Positions 23,506 through 31,711 of a stretch of 32,000 nt of DNA are shown in pieces; the stretch's first letter is position 1; the number at the start of each line of letters is the position of its first letter. The notes under the pieces were generated by a model. The model saw only the letters and a program-made list of their open reading frames with translations. It did not search any database and was not told where the DNA came from. The DNA is from Candidatus Saccharimonadota bacterium (GTDB lineage Archaea > Nanobdellota > Nanobdellia > Pacearchaeales > GW2011-AR1), in NCBI GenBank assembly GCA_026002795.1, contig BPGA01000001.1, positions 1-32,000 on the forward strand, in the 5' to 3' direction. The translations under genes were made by a program, and so were the position numbers.

Positions 23506-23985
23506 TTAAACTTTACAGATAACATCTCTTGTTAAGAGGTTTATCGCAACTAATAACAATAAAGTGGAAGCAGCCTGAATTTCTAAACCATAAAAAGGAA
23601 GAATGCTTAATGTTGCTGTCAAACCAAATAAACCTAAAAAAGCAGGAAACAATCCAACAAAACATCCAGGGCATGCTCCTCCGAGAATTCCGCCAAATGC
23701 TCCTAAACCAATTATTCCTGTATGTTTACCAACTCCAGCTTCTTTAAACCTCAAAATTGAAAGGTTGATTGTTAAAGCTACAAGTGATGGTACGATTAAA
23801 AAATTAAAAAGTAAGAAAGGAATTCTGAACCACAAAACAAATGAATTAAAAACATAAAAATTTACATACAGCTTATTTATTATTAAATTTATAGCAATAT
23901 AAATTATAAAAATTCCTATAAAGGAAAAAACATATGGCCTTTCAAAAATAGCTTTTTTTATTCTTTCAATTCTACTTTTTTTCAT
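23506..23985 (-). CDS. Polytopic membrane protein with an intramembrane CPGC motif
   Basis: 159 aa with about 4-5 hydrophobic helices. GGILGGACPGCFVGLFPAFLGLFG, plus one more Cys near the C-terminus. I could not assign a family. Confidence 0.55.
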   Translation of the reverse strand: MKKSRIERIKKAIFERPYVFSFIGIFIIYIAINLIINKLYVNFYVFNSFVLWFRIPFLLFNFLIVPSLVALTINLSILRFKEAGVGKHTGIIGLGAFGGILGGACPGCFVGLFPAFLGLFGLTATLSILPFYGLEIQAASTLLLLVAINLLTRDVICKV

Positions 23986-24033
23986 ATTATTCTACTTCTT
24001 TTTAATATTAAATAAAATTATAAAAAAGCAAAA

Positions 24034-24765
24034 TTATAAAATAGATTGTATAGCACCCTCAAGGTTCTGCCATGGAACAGCGCCTGAAACAGGTATAGCT
24101 CTATTTGATTCTTTGTTTACAATTATAAAGTAAGGGGTTCCTTGACCTCCAGAAGAAGTTGCTTGAGAAAATTCTTTTGTGACTTCAGATCTGTACTTGT
24201 TGCTATCTAAACAATTATTAAATTCTTGTGTATTCAAACCGAGTTGCTGTGCATAAGATTTAAGACTTTGGGTGTCAAGCGCGTTTTGGTTTTCAAAGAG
24301 CATATCATGATACTCCCAAAATTTTCCTTGATCATAAGCACACATAGATGCTTCAGCTGCTTTTTGTGCAAAAGGATGTATTGAACTTAAAGGAAAGTGT
24401 TTGTACACAAGATTAACCTGACCATTTTTGAAATAATCACTCTGTTTAAACTCTGCTAATGCACCAAAATGAGCTTGAGCACAAAAAGGACACTGAAAAT
24501 CTGAAAATTCAATAATTGAAACAGGAGCATTTTTATCTCCTAAAACAGGATCATTATCCTCAATTAAAGAGCTAACTTTTATTGAAGGTTGTTCTGTTGG
24601 TTGTGTTTCAGATCCTGTATTTACAACGTTCCCGCTACTTTTACCTCCTCTTAAAACAAAAAACCCGCCAATTACAATAATAGCAAGCAAAATAAAAGTT
24701 GAGTATTTCCACAAATCTTGCTTCTTTATTGTTATTGTTCCACTTTCTTTTTTTTCTTCAGCCAT
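24034..24765 (-). CDS. Membrane-anchored DsbA-like thiol:disulfide oxidoreductase
   Basis: 243 aa. N-terminal TM helix (STFILLAIIVIGGFFVL), active site FSDFQCPFCAQ, and a cis-Pro region GTPYFII. Confidence 0.85.
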   Translation of the reverse strand: MAEEKKESGTITIKKQDLWKYSTFILLAIIVIGGFFVLRGGKSSGNVVNTGSETQPTEQPSIKVSSLIEDNDPVLGDKNAPVSIIEFSDFQCPFCAQAHFGALAEFKQSDYFKNGQVNLVYKHFPLSSIHPFAQKAAEASMCAYDQGKFWEYHDMLFENQNALDTQSLKSYAQQLGLNTQEFNNCLDSNKYRSEVTKEFSQATSSGGQGTPYFIIVNKESNRAIPVSGAVPWQNLEGAIQSIL

Positions 24766-24817
24766 TTTTGTTAATTATTACAAAAAATTCAGTAAAAGAC
24801 CCTTTATAAATTTATCG

Positions 24818-24831
24818 TGGAACCAGTTTCA
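24818..24831. promoter_or_regulatory. Imperfect palindrome TGGAACCAGTTTCA, second copy of the candidate operator, adjacent to the TATA box TTTATAAATTT (24803-24813)
   Basis: With one flanking base each side, GTGGAACCAGTTTCAC shares 13 of 16 positions with GTGAAACTAGTTTCAT at 17683-17698. It lies 53-66 nt upstream of the DsbA ATG. Confidence 0.4.
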
Positions 24832-24949
24832 CAATAAAATTTAGGGAGAAAATAACTTCGTTGATTTTCAAATTTTGAATTTCTACTTATTTGCTACATA
24901 GAAATCAAAAATACTTTCTAGTTCTTTTAATAATCTTTTTGACCTATAT

Positions 24950-25192
24950 TCAGTCTAACCTTATCTCTTCAGGGTTATTTGTTTGAGGTATGTAGTGTAA
25001 ATGCTTTTTAATTGCAACAATTCTTTTTGTTTTTGTGTCTAGAGCTTTATAGATAATAGAGTGTGCTCCAACTTTGTACCTTTCTAGAATTTCATATCTT
25101 TCTGGATCAACCTCTCCTTCAAAAACATCACGAGAGGAATTAGGATTTTCTAATCCATATTGTGTTCTTTTTAAAGGCAAAGGAGTTATCAT
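24950..25192 (-). CDS. 80-aa ORF resembling the N-lobe start of a Ser/Thr protein kinase (fragment or pseudogene remnant)
   Basis: YEILERYKVGAHSIIYKALDTKTKRIVAIKK follows the kinase subdomain I-II pattern (degenerate G-loop and VAIK), but the ORF stops 15 residues later. Its start overlaps the upstream stop (ATGA). Confidence 0.35.
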   Translation of the reverse strand: MITPLPLKRTQYGLENPNSSRDVFEGEVDPERYEILERYKVGAHSIIYKALDTKTKRIVAIKKHLHYIPQTNNPEEIRLD

Positions 25193-25815
25193 CTTTTTTG
25201 TTCTCCTTCTTTTGGCTTATATTTTTCAAGAATCTCTTTTCCTGCTTCATTCAAATCAGCAAAATAACCTGAAGAAGCTACTTTTAATGAAACAGCCCTG
25301 TTATATGCTTCTCTTAAAATATTGAAAGCATTTAAAGCATCTTTTTCTTGTTCAGTTCTGTTTTCTTCTGGTTTGCTTAATATAGATTCTGCTGTATAAG
25401 ATGCTAGTTCTGTAGGAACACTAAACTCAAAACCATTAGATAATCCTCTAACAATTCTTTCTAAATCAGCTAAGCTAACAACCATTTTGCTTTCTTCTAG
25501 TATCTTAGCAATCTTTAAAGAGATTTCATAATTTGTTGGATATGAGGGTTCACCAAAAACACCAAAAGCTTTTCCTTCTTTTAATCTAGAAAGATACTCT
25601 TCTTTTCTTTTTCTTTCAATTTCTTCAGAAAACATTAACTCAGTATATTTTTGTTCTGCTCCAAAAAGACCAAGCTGACCATACAATAAAGGATTATTTC
25701 TTACTTGATTTGATCCAAACACTCCTTGATATAATTCATACTCTAAATTAGATATTGCATTCTCTCTTCTTTTTCTCATTAAATCTTCAATCTCTTTTTG
25801 ATTTGTTTCTGCCAT
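25189..25815 (-). CDS. Hypothetical, predicted helical cytoplasmic protein
   Basis: The track start 25836 abuts the TATA-like TTTATAAAT (25838-25846). The in-frame ATG at 25815 (MAETNQ...) sits 23 nt from that box, matching the spacing seen elsewhere. No domain recognised. Confidence 0.5.
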   Translation of the reverse strand: MAETNQKEIEDLMRKRRENAISNLEYELYQGVFGSNQVRNNPLLYGQLGLFGAEQKYTELMFSEEIERKRKEEYLSRLKEGKAFGVFGEPSYPTNYEISLKIAKILEESKMVVSLADLERIVRGLSNGFEFSVPTELASYTAESILSKPEENRTEQEKDALNAFNILREAYNRAVSLKVASSGYFADLNEAGKEILEKYKPKEGEQKR

Positions 25816-25837
25816 GTTTTTTTCAAAGAAAAGCATA

Positions 25838-25846
25838 TTTATAAAT
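25838..25846 (-). promoter_or_regulatory. TATA-like box for the 25815 gene
   Basis: Coding-strand ATTTATAAA, 23 nt upstream of the ATG at 25815. Confidence 0.4.
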
Positions 25847-25989
25847 CTTTCGGTTTTATTATCACTCTACAGTTACTACTCTTAATCTTTATTTTGATTG
25901 TTATTTTGGTTGTTGTGTTTTTTATGGCTTATTTCGCTTTTTAAAGAAATAATGTCTTCTACACCCAGAGTTTTTTAGATTTTTAATAG

Positions 25990-26005
25990 GTTAGAATTTT
26001 ATTTT
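25990..26005 (-). repeat. Direct repeat copy (+ strand GTTAGAATTTTATTTT) just past the stop of the 136-aa ORF
   Basis: Perfect 16-mer also present at 26505-26520, inside the last codons of trxB. The 8 adjacent bases match at 6 of 8 (TTTAATAG versus TTTAACAT). Confidence 0.7.
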
Positions 26006-26014
26006 ATTGAAGTG

Positions 26015-26425
26015 TTAAGAGAAAATCTTTTTTAATTCTTCTTTAAGATCATCAATAGAAGATTTGTTTGTTTTTATTGATTGAATTAGATTTCCATAAG
26101 CATCTCTTGAAAAAGGATAATATCCAAAAACCCTGTCTCTTGACTTTAGTGTTATTTTAGTGTAGTTTAATGCACTATCTATTTCTATTCTTAAAGGAAC
26201 CCCTTTGTTTGGATGAACATATTCGAAGACGACCTTAACAATTTTTCCTCTTTCTGATGCTTCTAAATCAAAAACAAATAAATGTCTGTATCTTCCAACA
26301 ACGTCCAAACGAGTTGATGCCATTTTCTCTAAATCAGATAAAGAATTTATTTTTTCTCTATCAATTAAAACATAAGTAAATTTAGAAATTTCTTTAATTT
26401 CATCTAATGAAATCTGTCTGTCCAT
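26015..26425 (-). CDS. Hypothetical 136-aa protein
   Basis: Clean ORF with its own TATA-like box (TATTTAAATTTT at 26446-26457, 21 nt upstream). No domain recognised. Confidence 0.55.
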   Translation of the reverse strand: MDRQISLDEIKEISKFTYVLIDREKINSLSDLEKMASTRLDVVGRYRHLFVFDLEASERGKIVKVVFEYVHPNKGVPLRIEIDSALNYTKITLKSRDRVFGYYPFSRDAYGNLIQSIKTNKSSIDDLKEELKKIFS

Positions 26426-26497
26426 AAAAAAAGAATTTCTTTAAATATTTAAATTTTATAGAAAAAGAATTTATAGAAAATCAAAATAACTTTTTGT

Positions 26498-27490
26498 TTA
26501 ACATGTTAGAATTTTATTTTTTGTGATGTACTGATAAGCAGAGTAAGCAGCAGTACAACCATCTGCCACGCCCGTAATAAGCTGTTTGAATGGTTTATCT
26601 GTTACATCTCCAGCAGCATAAACTCCAGGAATATTTGTTTCAGAAGTTGCATGATTAATCTCTATTTCTCCTTTTTCATTAAGTTTAACACCTAAATTTT
26701 TTGCGAGATCAGAGATAGGAATATGACCTATTGCAACAAAAACACCCTGAACCTTCAACTCTTTTTTTCCTTTATATGGTTTATCTAAAACAACACTCTC
26801 AACAGAATTCTTACCTTTTATTTCAATAACATTTGTATTGTTTATAATTTCTATTTTTTTATTTTTTTTAATGCGTTCCATGTTTATTGGCTCTGGGTGA
26901 ATTTGTTCTCCTCGATAGATAATGTAAACTTTTTTTGTATACTCTGAAAGAAGTAATGCATCTTTTGCAGCGCTATCACTTCCTCCTATAACTGCAACAA
27001 CTTTTCCTTTAAATAAAGGTCCATCACATAAAGCGCAATAACTAACCCCTTTATTTTCAAATTCTCGAGAACCTTTTACAGAATCAGGAAGTTTTCTCCA
27101 TTTTGTTCCAGTAGCAAACAAAATTGTTTTTCCAACATAATTTCTTTTATTCTCGGTTGAAACTAAAAAACAATTTCCGTTCTTTTTTATTTCGCTAACT
27201 TTTTCATTTTTTATTGTAACTTCTTTATAAGATTTAGCATGCTCTTCAAGTTTTTTCGCTAGCTCTACTCCAGACAATCTTATGAATCCAGGATAGTTTT
27301 CAACAATATGTGTTGTTGTGATCACCCCACCAATTGGAAGCTCTGTCCCATAAGTGCTTCCTAAAACAAGTGTTTTTAATCCAAGTCTTGCAGCATACAT
27401 TGCAGCAGCTAATGCTGTTCCGCCAGCACCTATTATTATAAAATCATACTGGTTTATTTTTTGTTTTAAATCTTTTATTTTCTTTTTCAT
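26498..27490 (-). CDS. trxB: Thioredoxin reductase (low-Mr FAD/NAD(P)H type)
   Basis: 330 aa. FAD site DFIIIGAGGTALAAAMYAAR, redox-active CALCDG, NADPH site VIGGSDSAAKDAL, and C-terminal GVYAAGDV. Confidence 0.9.
   Translation of the reverse strand: MKKKIKDLKQKINQYDFIIIGAGGTALAAAMYAARLGLKTLVLGSTYGTELPIGGVITTTHIVENYPGFIRLSGVELAKKLEEHAKSYKEVTIKNEKVSEIKKNGNCFLVSTENKRNYVGKTILFATGTKWRKLPDSVKGSREFENKGVSYCALCDGPLFKGKVVAVIGGSDSAAKDALLLSEYTKKVYIIYRGEQIHPEPINMERIKKNKKIEIINNTNVIEIKGKNSVESVVLDKPYKGKKELKVQGVFVAIGHIPISDLAKNLGVKLNEKGEIEINHATSETNIPGVYAAGDVTDKPFKQLITGVADGCTAAYSAYQYITKNKILTC
26505..26520 (-). repeat. Direct repeat copy within the trxB 3' end (codons for ...KNKIL)
   Basis: Identical 16-mer to 25990-26005; the offset is 515 bp. 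Confidence 0.7.
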
Positions 27491-27532
27491 TTTATAAACA
27501 AACTCTAATTTTCTTTAACAATCTTTATTTTT

Positions 27533-28681
27533 TTAATTTATTCTTTTTCCGTTTTCATAAACAAACATTTTTCTTTTTGCTAACTCATTGAAAAAAAGTT
27601 TTTGAGGAACAACTGCCTCTGGAGCATAAACTCCTTTATCTTTTATTTGACCTTTTTTTATCATTTCTGAAATTAAAGCAATTGTTCTCCCCGTATCAAT
27701 ATTGCTTCCTGCATCTTCCCATCCTTTTAATGTTCTTACAAGACAATTCATTTTTACTAATTTATCTTTTCCATTTTTTGTTCCATAAATCTCAGCCCAA
27801 ATATTTTCAACCTCACGATAATTTTTTGGCTGTTTTATTTTTTTAAGAACTTTGTTTGTAAAATCGACAATTTTAATTTTATTTCCCGAAACTTCTATTT
27901 CTTCTTCAGAGTTAAAACCAAGATCAATAAGTGTTTGTATAACTTTAAATGAATGTTCTGGAAAACCAGCCATATAATGTATATTCTTAAGCCCTTTATT
28001 TCTAAAGTATTTAGAAAAAGTATAAACCTCTGAATGAACAATACAATAAACTTTTTGTTTTCCTATCTCTTTAAAATTAACCTCTCCAACACATCTTGCT
28101 CTTTTTTCTCTTACAAATTTTCCGTTATGAAAAGTCACCGGGTCTTCTGTAAATTCGTGAAAAATGCTAGGCATAGAATAAGGAATAACAAATTTTTTTA
28201 TGTTAGAATTCCATGCAAAACCCAATTTTATTGTTTCTACACTATCTAATTTATCAACAGCATAAGCTGTCATGACATTTACAATTCCTGGAGTTGAACC
28301 ACAACCCGTTAAACACAAAATTTCTTTTTCCTGAAATTTTTTATGAAATTTAAATTGCTGTTCAGTTATTTTTTGCAAGCCCCCAAGATCTGTAACTGGT
28401 TTTTTTGTTTCTAAACACGCTTTCATTATCTGAACATTAAAAACTAATTCAGCACAATTGATAACAACATCAGGATTTGATTTCTTTATTGCAGAAACAA
28501 TTTCTTTATAGTTTGTTAAATCAACTTTCATAAAAGACGCGTTTTTATTTTTTAGAATATTAGAAATTGAACTTTTATCTCTTCCTACTAAAAGTATCTT
28601 ATAATTATTTTCAAGTAAATCTCTTGCACAAATACTTCCTTGAAAACCAGTTCCTCCAAAAATTATAAAATCATATTTCAT
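27533..28681 (-). CDS. Saccharopine dehydrogenase family NAD(P)-binding protein, paralog 2
   Basis: 382 aa. N-terminal Rossmann motif FIIFGGTGFQGS; mid motif GCGSTPGIVNV; C-terminal GVYAPEAVV. The length and layout fit the saccharopine/carboxy(nor)spermidine dehydrogenase family. Confidence 0.8.
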   Translation of the reverse strand: MKYDFIIFGGTGFQGSICARDLLENNYKILLVGRDKSSISNILKNKNASFMKVDLTNYKEIVSAIKKSNPDVVINCAELVFNVQIMKACLETKKPVTDLGGLQKITEQQFKFHKKFQEKEILCLTGCGSTPGIVNVMTAYAVDKLDSVETIKLGFAWNSNIKKFVIPYSMPSIFHEFTEDPVTFHNGKFVREKRARCVGEVNFKEIGKQKVYCIVHSEVYTFSKYFRNKGLKNIHYMAGFPEHSFKVIQTLIDLGFNSEEEIEVSGNKIKIVDFTNKVLKKIKQPKNYREVENIWAEIYGTKNGKDKLVKMNCLVRTLKGWEDAGSNIDTGRTIALISEMIKKGQIKDKGVYAPEAVVPQKLFFNELAKRKMFVYENGKRIN

Positions 28682-28698
28682 TTTTACGGTTTATTAAG

Positions 28699-29850
28699 TT
28701 AGTTAACTCTCTTTTTATTTTTTAAAATGATTATTCCTCTTTTTTTCAACTCACTAAAAAATTCTTTTGGATTTATAATGCTTTCTGGAGCATAGACCCC
28801 TGATTTTTTTAAAAGTCCTTTATTTTCTGAAATCATCTGTGTGATGATCGAACAAGGAACTCCTGTGTTATAGCTTCCGGCAGAAATGTTTCTTGTTGTT
28901 TTAGTTATAGCATCTAAAAATAAAGATCCTTTATTAAAAATTACTCTTAAAATTTCTTTGTCTTTTATTTTTGTTTTCTGGTTAACTATGAATTTTTCCA
29001 TTAGATTTGAGGTCACATCGATAATTTTTAATTTTTGTCCACTTAAATTTAAATTTTCTTTTGAAGTAAAACCATTTTCAATCAAAATCTTAATTTTTTC
29101 TATGAAATCATCATCAAAAGTTACTCTAAATTCAATATCTTTTATTCCTTTATCTTTTAAAAAAGAAGGAAGAGTTGCTAGTTCTGAATGTAAAGTTAAA
29201 AAAGCTCTTTTTTTTCCAAATCCATCAATGTAATATATTTTTTCTCCAGACATCGGCTTTACAAATCTAATTTTTCCTTTTTTTAAAACCGCTGGTTTAA
29301 GAGTAAATTCATCTACAAGAGTTTTAAAACTGTAAGGAAGAACAAATTTTTGTTCGTATTTTGTTTCGTCTTTATCTGCAAAAAAAATTTCAATTTCATT
29401 TATTTTTTTAAGTAATTTTGAGCCATAAGCAACTAAAACATTAGTTATTCCTGGAGAAGATCCACAACCTAGAATTGCTAGTTTTTTAATTTTTTTAAAA
29501 TAACGATGAAGTTTAAGTTGTTTTTTTGTTAAATGATACAAACCTCCTAAGTCAACATAATTTGTTTTTGCTTTTAAGCAAGCTTTCATAATCTCAAAAT
29601 TAAAATAATACTGAACACAATTAACAACAACATCAGAACCCTTTATTAAAGAAACAAGTTCTTTTTTATTTTGAATGTTGGTTTTTTTTGCTTTAACTCT
29701 TGGAGAATTAAAAGAATTTGCATATTCTTCTGCTTTTTCTAGGTTTCTTCCTACCACAAAAATTTCACAATTTTTATTGGTTTTGAATAAATCATAAACC
29801 ACGATTTTTCCAATTATACCATAACCACCCAAAACAACAATTCTTTTCAT
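28699..29850 (-). CDS. Saccharopine dehydrogenase family NAD(P)-binding protein, paralog 1
   Basis: 383 aa with VVLGGYGIIGK, GCGSSPGITNV and GVYAPESII. Colinear with the neighbouring paralog, so this is a tandem duplication. Confidence 0.8.
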   Translation of the reverse strand: MKRIVVLGGYGIIGKIVVYDLFKTNKNCEIFVVGRNLEKAEEYANSFNSPRVKAKKTNIQNKKELVSLIKGSDVVVNCVQYYFNFEIMKACLKAKTNYVDLGGLYHLTKKQLKLHRYFKKIKKLAILGCGSSPGITNVLVAYGSKLLKKINEIEIFFADKDETKYEQKFVLPYSFKTLVDEFTLKPAVLKKGKIRFVKPMSGEKIYYIDGFGKKRAFLTLHSELATLPSFLKDKGIKDIEFRVTFDDDFIEKIKILIENGFTSKENLNLSGQKLKIIDVTSNLMEKFIVNQKTKIKDKEILRVIFNKGSLFLDAITKTTRNISAGSYNTGVPCSIITQMISENKGLLKKSGVYAPESIINPKEFFSELKKRGIIILKNKKRVN

Positions 29851-29952
29851 TTTTTATAAGATTTTAATTTAAAAATTAATTAATATACTAACCTCTTTCT
29901 AAATCATGATAAATTTTACTTTTTTCAAATTTTAACTTTTTAACTTAATAAA

Positions 29953-30021
29953 TTAACACCTGCAAGGAGATTTTCCGCAATCAGGGCATACTTTTGCTTT
30001 TTTTCTTTTTTTCTTTGCCAT
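29953..30021 (-). CDS. Possible 22-aa basic, four-Cys micro-protein coupled to the aldehyde dehydrogenase gene
   Basis: My translation is MAKKKRKKAKVCPDCGKSPCRC*. Its ATG lies 1 nt after the ALDH stop, at the same TAAAATG junction seen twice in the 14503-17646 operon. Confidence 0.25.
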   Translation of the reverse strand: MAKKKRKKAKVCPDCGKSPCRC

Positions 30022-30022
30022 T

Positions 30023-31468
30023 TTAATTGAATCCTACATAGATATGTTTAAGGTAAGTATAATCTTGAAGAGAATAAATTGAAAGATCTGAACCATAACC
30101 ACTTTGTTTTATTCCTCCATGAGGCATTTCTGAAACAAGAGGAAGATGATCGTTAATCCAAACTTCACCAAACCTTAAAGAGTTTGCTACTAAAAAAGCT
30201 TTTTCTATGTTTTTTGTCCAGATGCTTGATGCTAAACCATAATCTACATCATTTGCTTTTTCAATTGCTTCTTCAGTTGTTTTGAATTTAGCGATAGCAA
30301 TAATTGGACCGAAAACTTCTAATTTGCAAAGGTTTCCTTTTTGAGAAAAATTTTTGATGATTGTTATTGGAAAGAAATAGCCTTTTTTTGGAACTTTCGA
30401 TTGCCAAACAATTTTCTCATCTTTTTCTAAATTTTTTAAAAACCAAGAGACTCTTTCGGTTTGATTTTTTGATATAAGCGGGCCTAAAACAGTAGAATCT
30501 TTTGAAGGATCACCTATAGAAATTTTTTCTGCATAGCTTTTTACCATACTTATAAATTTTTCATAAACTTTTTCTTGAACATAAATTCTAGAGGCTGCTG
30601 TGCAATCTTGACCAGAATTTATAATTGATGAGTCAACTGCATACTTTGCTGCTTTTTCAAGATCAGCATCTTCAAAAACAATAAATGGTGCTTTTCCTCC
30701 TAATTCAAGATGAACTCTTTTTAAATTAGAGGAGGCGAGCCTCATAATTTCTTTTCCTGTTTCAGTGTTTCCAGTCAGAGAAATCATGTTTATTTCAGGA
30801 TGAGAAGCAAGAATTCTACCAACATTTTCTCCTGAACCTAGAATAATATTAATAACTCCTGATGGAAAACCTGCTTTTTCTGAAAACTCAGCTAGTTTTA
30901 ATGCTGTTAGTGGAGTTAAAGAAGATGGTTTTAAGATTATTGTATTGCCAGCGGCAACTGCAGCAAGTTTCCAACATGCAATCATGAAAGGATAATTCCA
31001 AGGAACAATAGAAGCAACAACACCTACAGGCTCTCTTACAAGTATTGAGGTTCCTAAAGCTTTGTGTTTTTTTCTGAAGTGCTTGTCAATATATGTTCCA
31101 GGCATAACAACCTGAAAATTTCTAACAGCTGATGCAAAAAATTTTAAATTATCTATTGCAAATTCAAAATCAAGTCTTGCAAGAGAAATTGGTTTTCCTT
31201 GATTTTTTGATTCTAGTCTTGATAATTCTTCTTTGTTATTTTCAATTAACTCAGCAAGTTTAAAAAAAAGTTCTGATCTTTCTTTTGGTGTTGTGTTTTT
31301 CCAATTTCTGAACGCATTTTTTGCTGCTTTAACAGCTTCATTAACATCTTTCTCATTTGAATCTACAATTTTTGCGATTTCTTTTTCTGTATAAGGACTT
31401 ATAACACTTATTGTTTTTGTAGAGAAAGAAATGTATTTACCATTGATATAGTTCTTAAATATTTGCAT
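30023..31468 (-). CDS. NAD(P)-dependent aldehyde dehydrogenase
   Basis: 481 aa. Glu motif LELGGKAP, catalytic Cys GQDCTAASR, VPWNYP, and EVFGPI. Confidence 0.92.
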   Translation of the reverse strand: MQIFKNYINGKYISFSTKTISVISPYTEKEIAKIVDSNEKDVNEAVKAAKNAFRNWKNTTPKERSELFFKLAELIENNKEELSRLESKNQGKPISLARLDFEFAIDNLKFFASAVRNFQVVMPGTYIDKHFRKKHKALGTSILVREPVGVVASIVPWNYPFMIACWKLAAVAAGNTIILKPSSLTPLTALKLAEFSEKAGFPSGVINIILGSGENVGRILASHPEINMISLTGNTETGKEIMRLASSNLKRVHLELGGKAPFIVFEDADLEKAAKYAVDSSIINSGQDCTAASRIYVQEKVYEKFISMVKSYAEKISIGDPSKDSTVLGPLISKNQTERVSWFLKNLEKDEKIVWQSKVPKKGYFFPITIIKNFSQKGNLCKLEVFGPIIAIAKFKTTEEAIEKANDVDYGLASSIWTKNIEKAFLVANSLRFGEVWINDHLPLVSEMPHGGIKQSGYGSDLSIYSLQDYTYLKHIYVGFN

Positions 31469-31480
31469 GTTTCCTCTTTT

Positions 31481-31711
31481 TTATTTTTTTAAGAGTTTTT
31501 TAAGTTCAGTTTCGTTGTAACCAACAATAATTTTTCCGTTGACGTCAATTACAGGAACTCCCATTTGACCTGATTTCTTAAACATTTCTTGAAGAGCTTT
31601 TTTGTTAGAGCTTACATCAATATCTTTATACTTTATTTTATTTTTTTTAAAAAATTCTCGTGTTTTTGCGCACCATGGGCAGGTTGGAGTTGAATAAAGA
31701 TTTATTGCCAT
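31481..31711 (-). CDS. Glutaredoxin-like protein (CPWC)
   Basis: 76 aa with YSTPTCPWCAKTREFF and GVPVIDVNGKIIVGY. The TATA-like AATTTATAAATT lies at 31731-31742, 20-31 nt upstream. Confidence 0.85.
   Translation of the reverse strand: MAINLYSTPTCPWCAKTREFFKKNKIKYKDIDVSSNKKALQEMFKKSGQMGVPVIDVNGKIIVGYNETELKKLLKK

Noticed and set aside
10183-29233. Remaining short shadow ORFs: 10183-10398, 14792-14977, 15264-15449, 17029-17394, 18009-18233, 19094-19324, 20109-20303, 21790-21975, 22531-22743, 22707-22931, 23529-23747, 23603-23857, 25074-25325, 28034-28249, 28886-29233
   Set aside because: Each lies antisense to, or out of frame within, a longer ORF that has clear motifs or membrane-protein character. 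None shows a recognisable motif.
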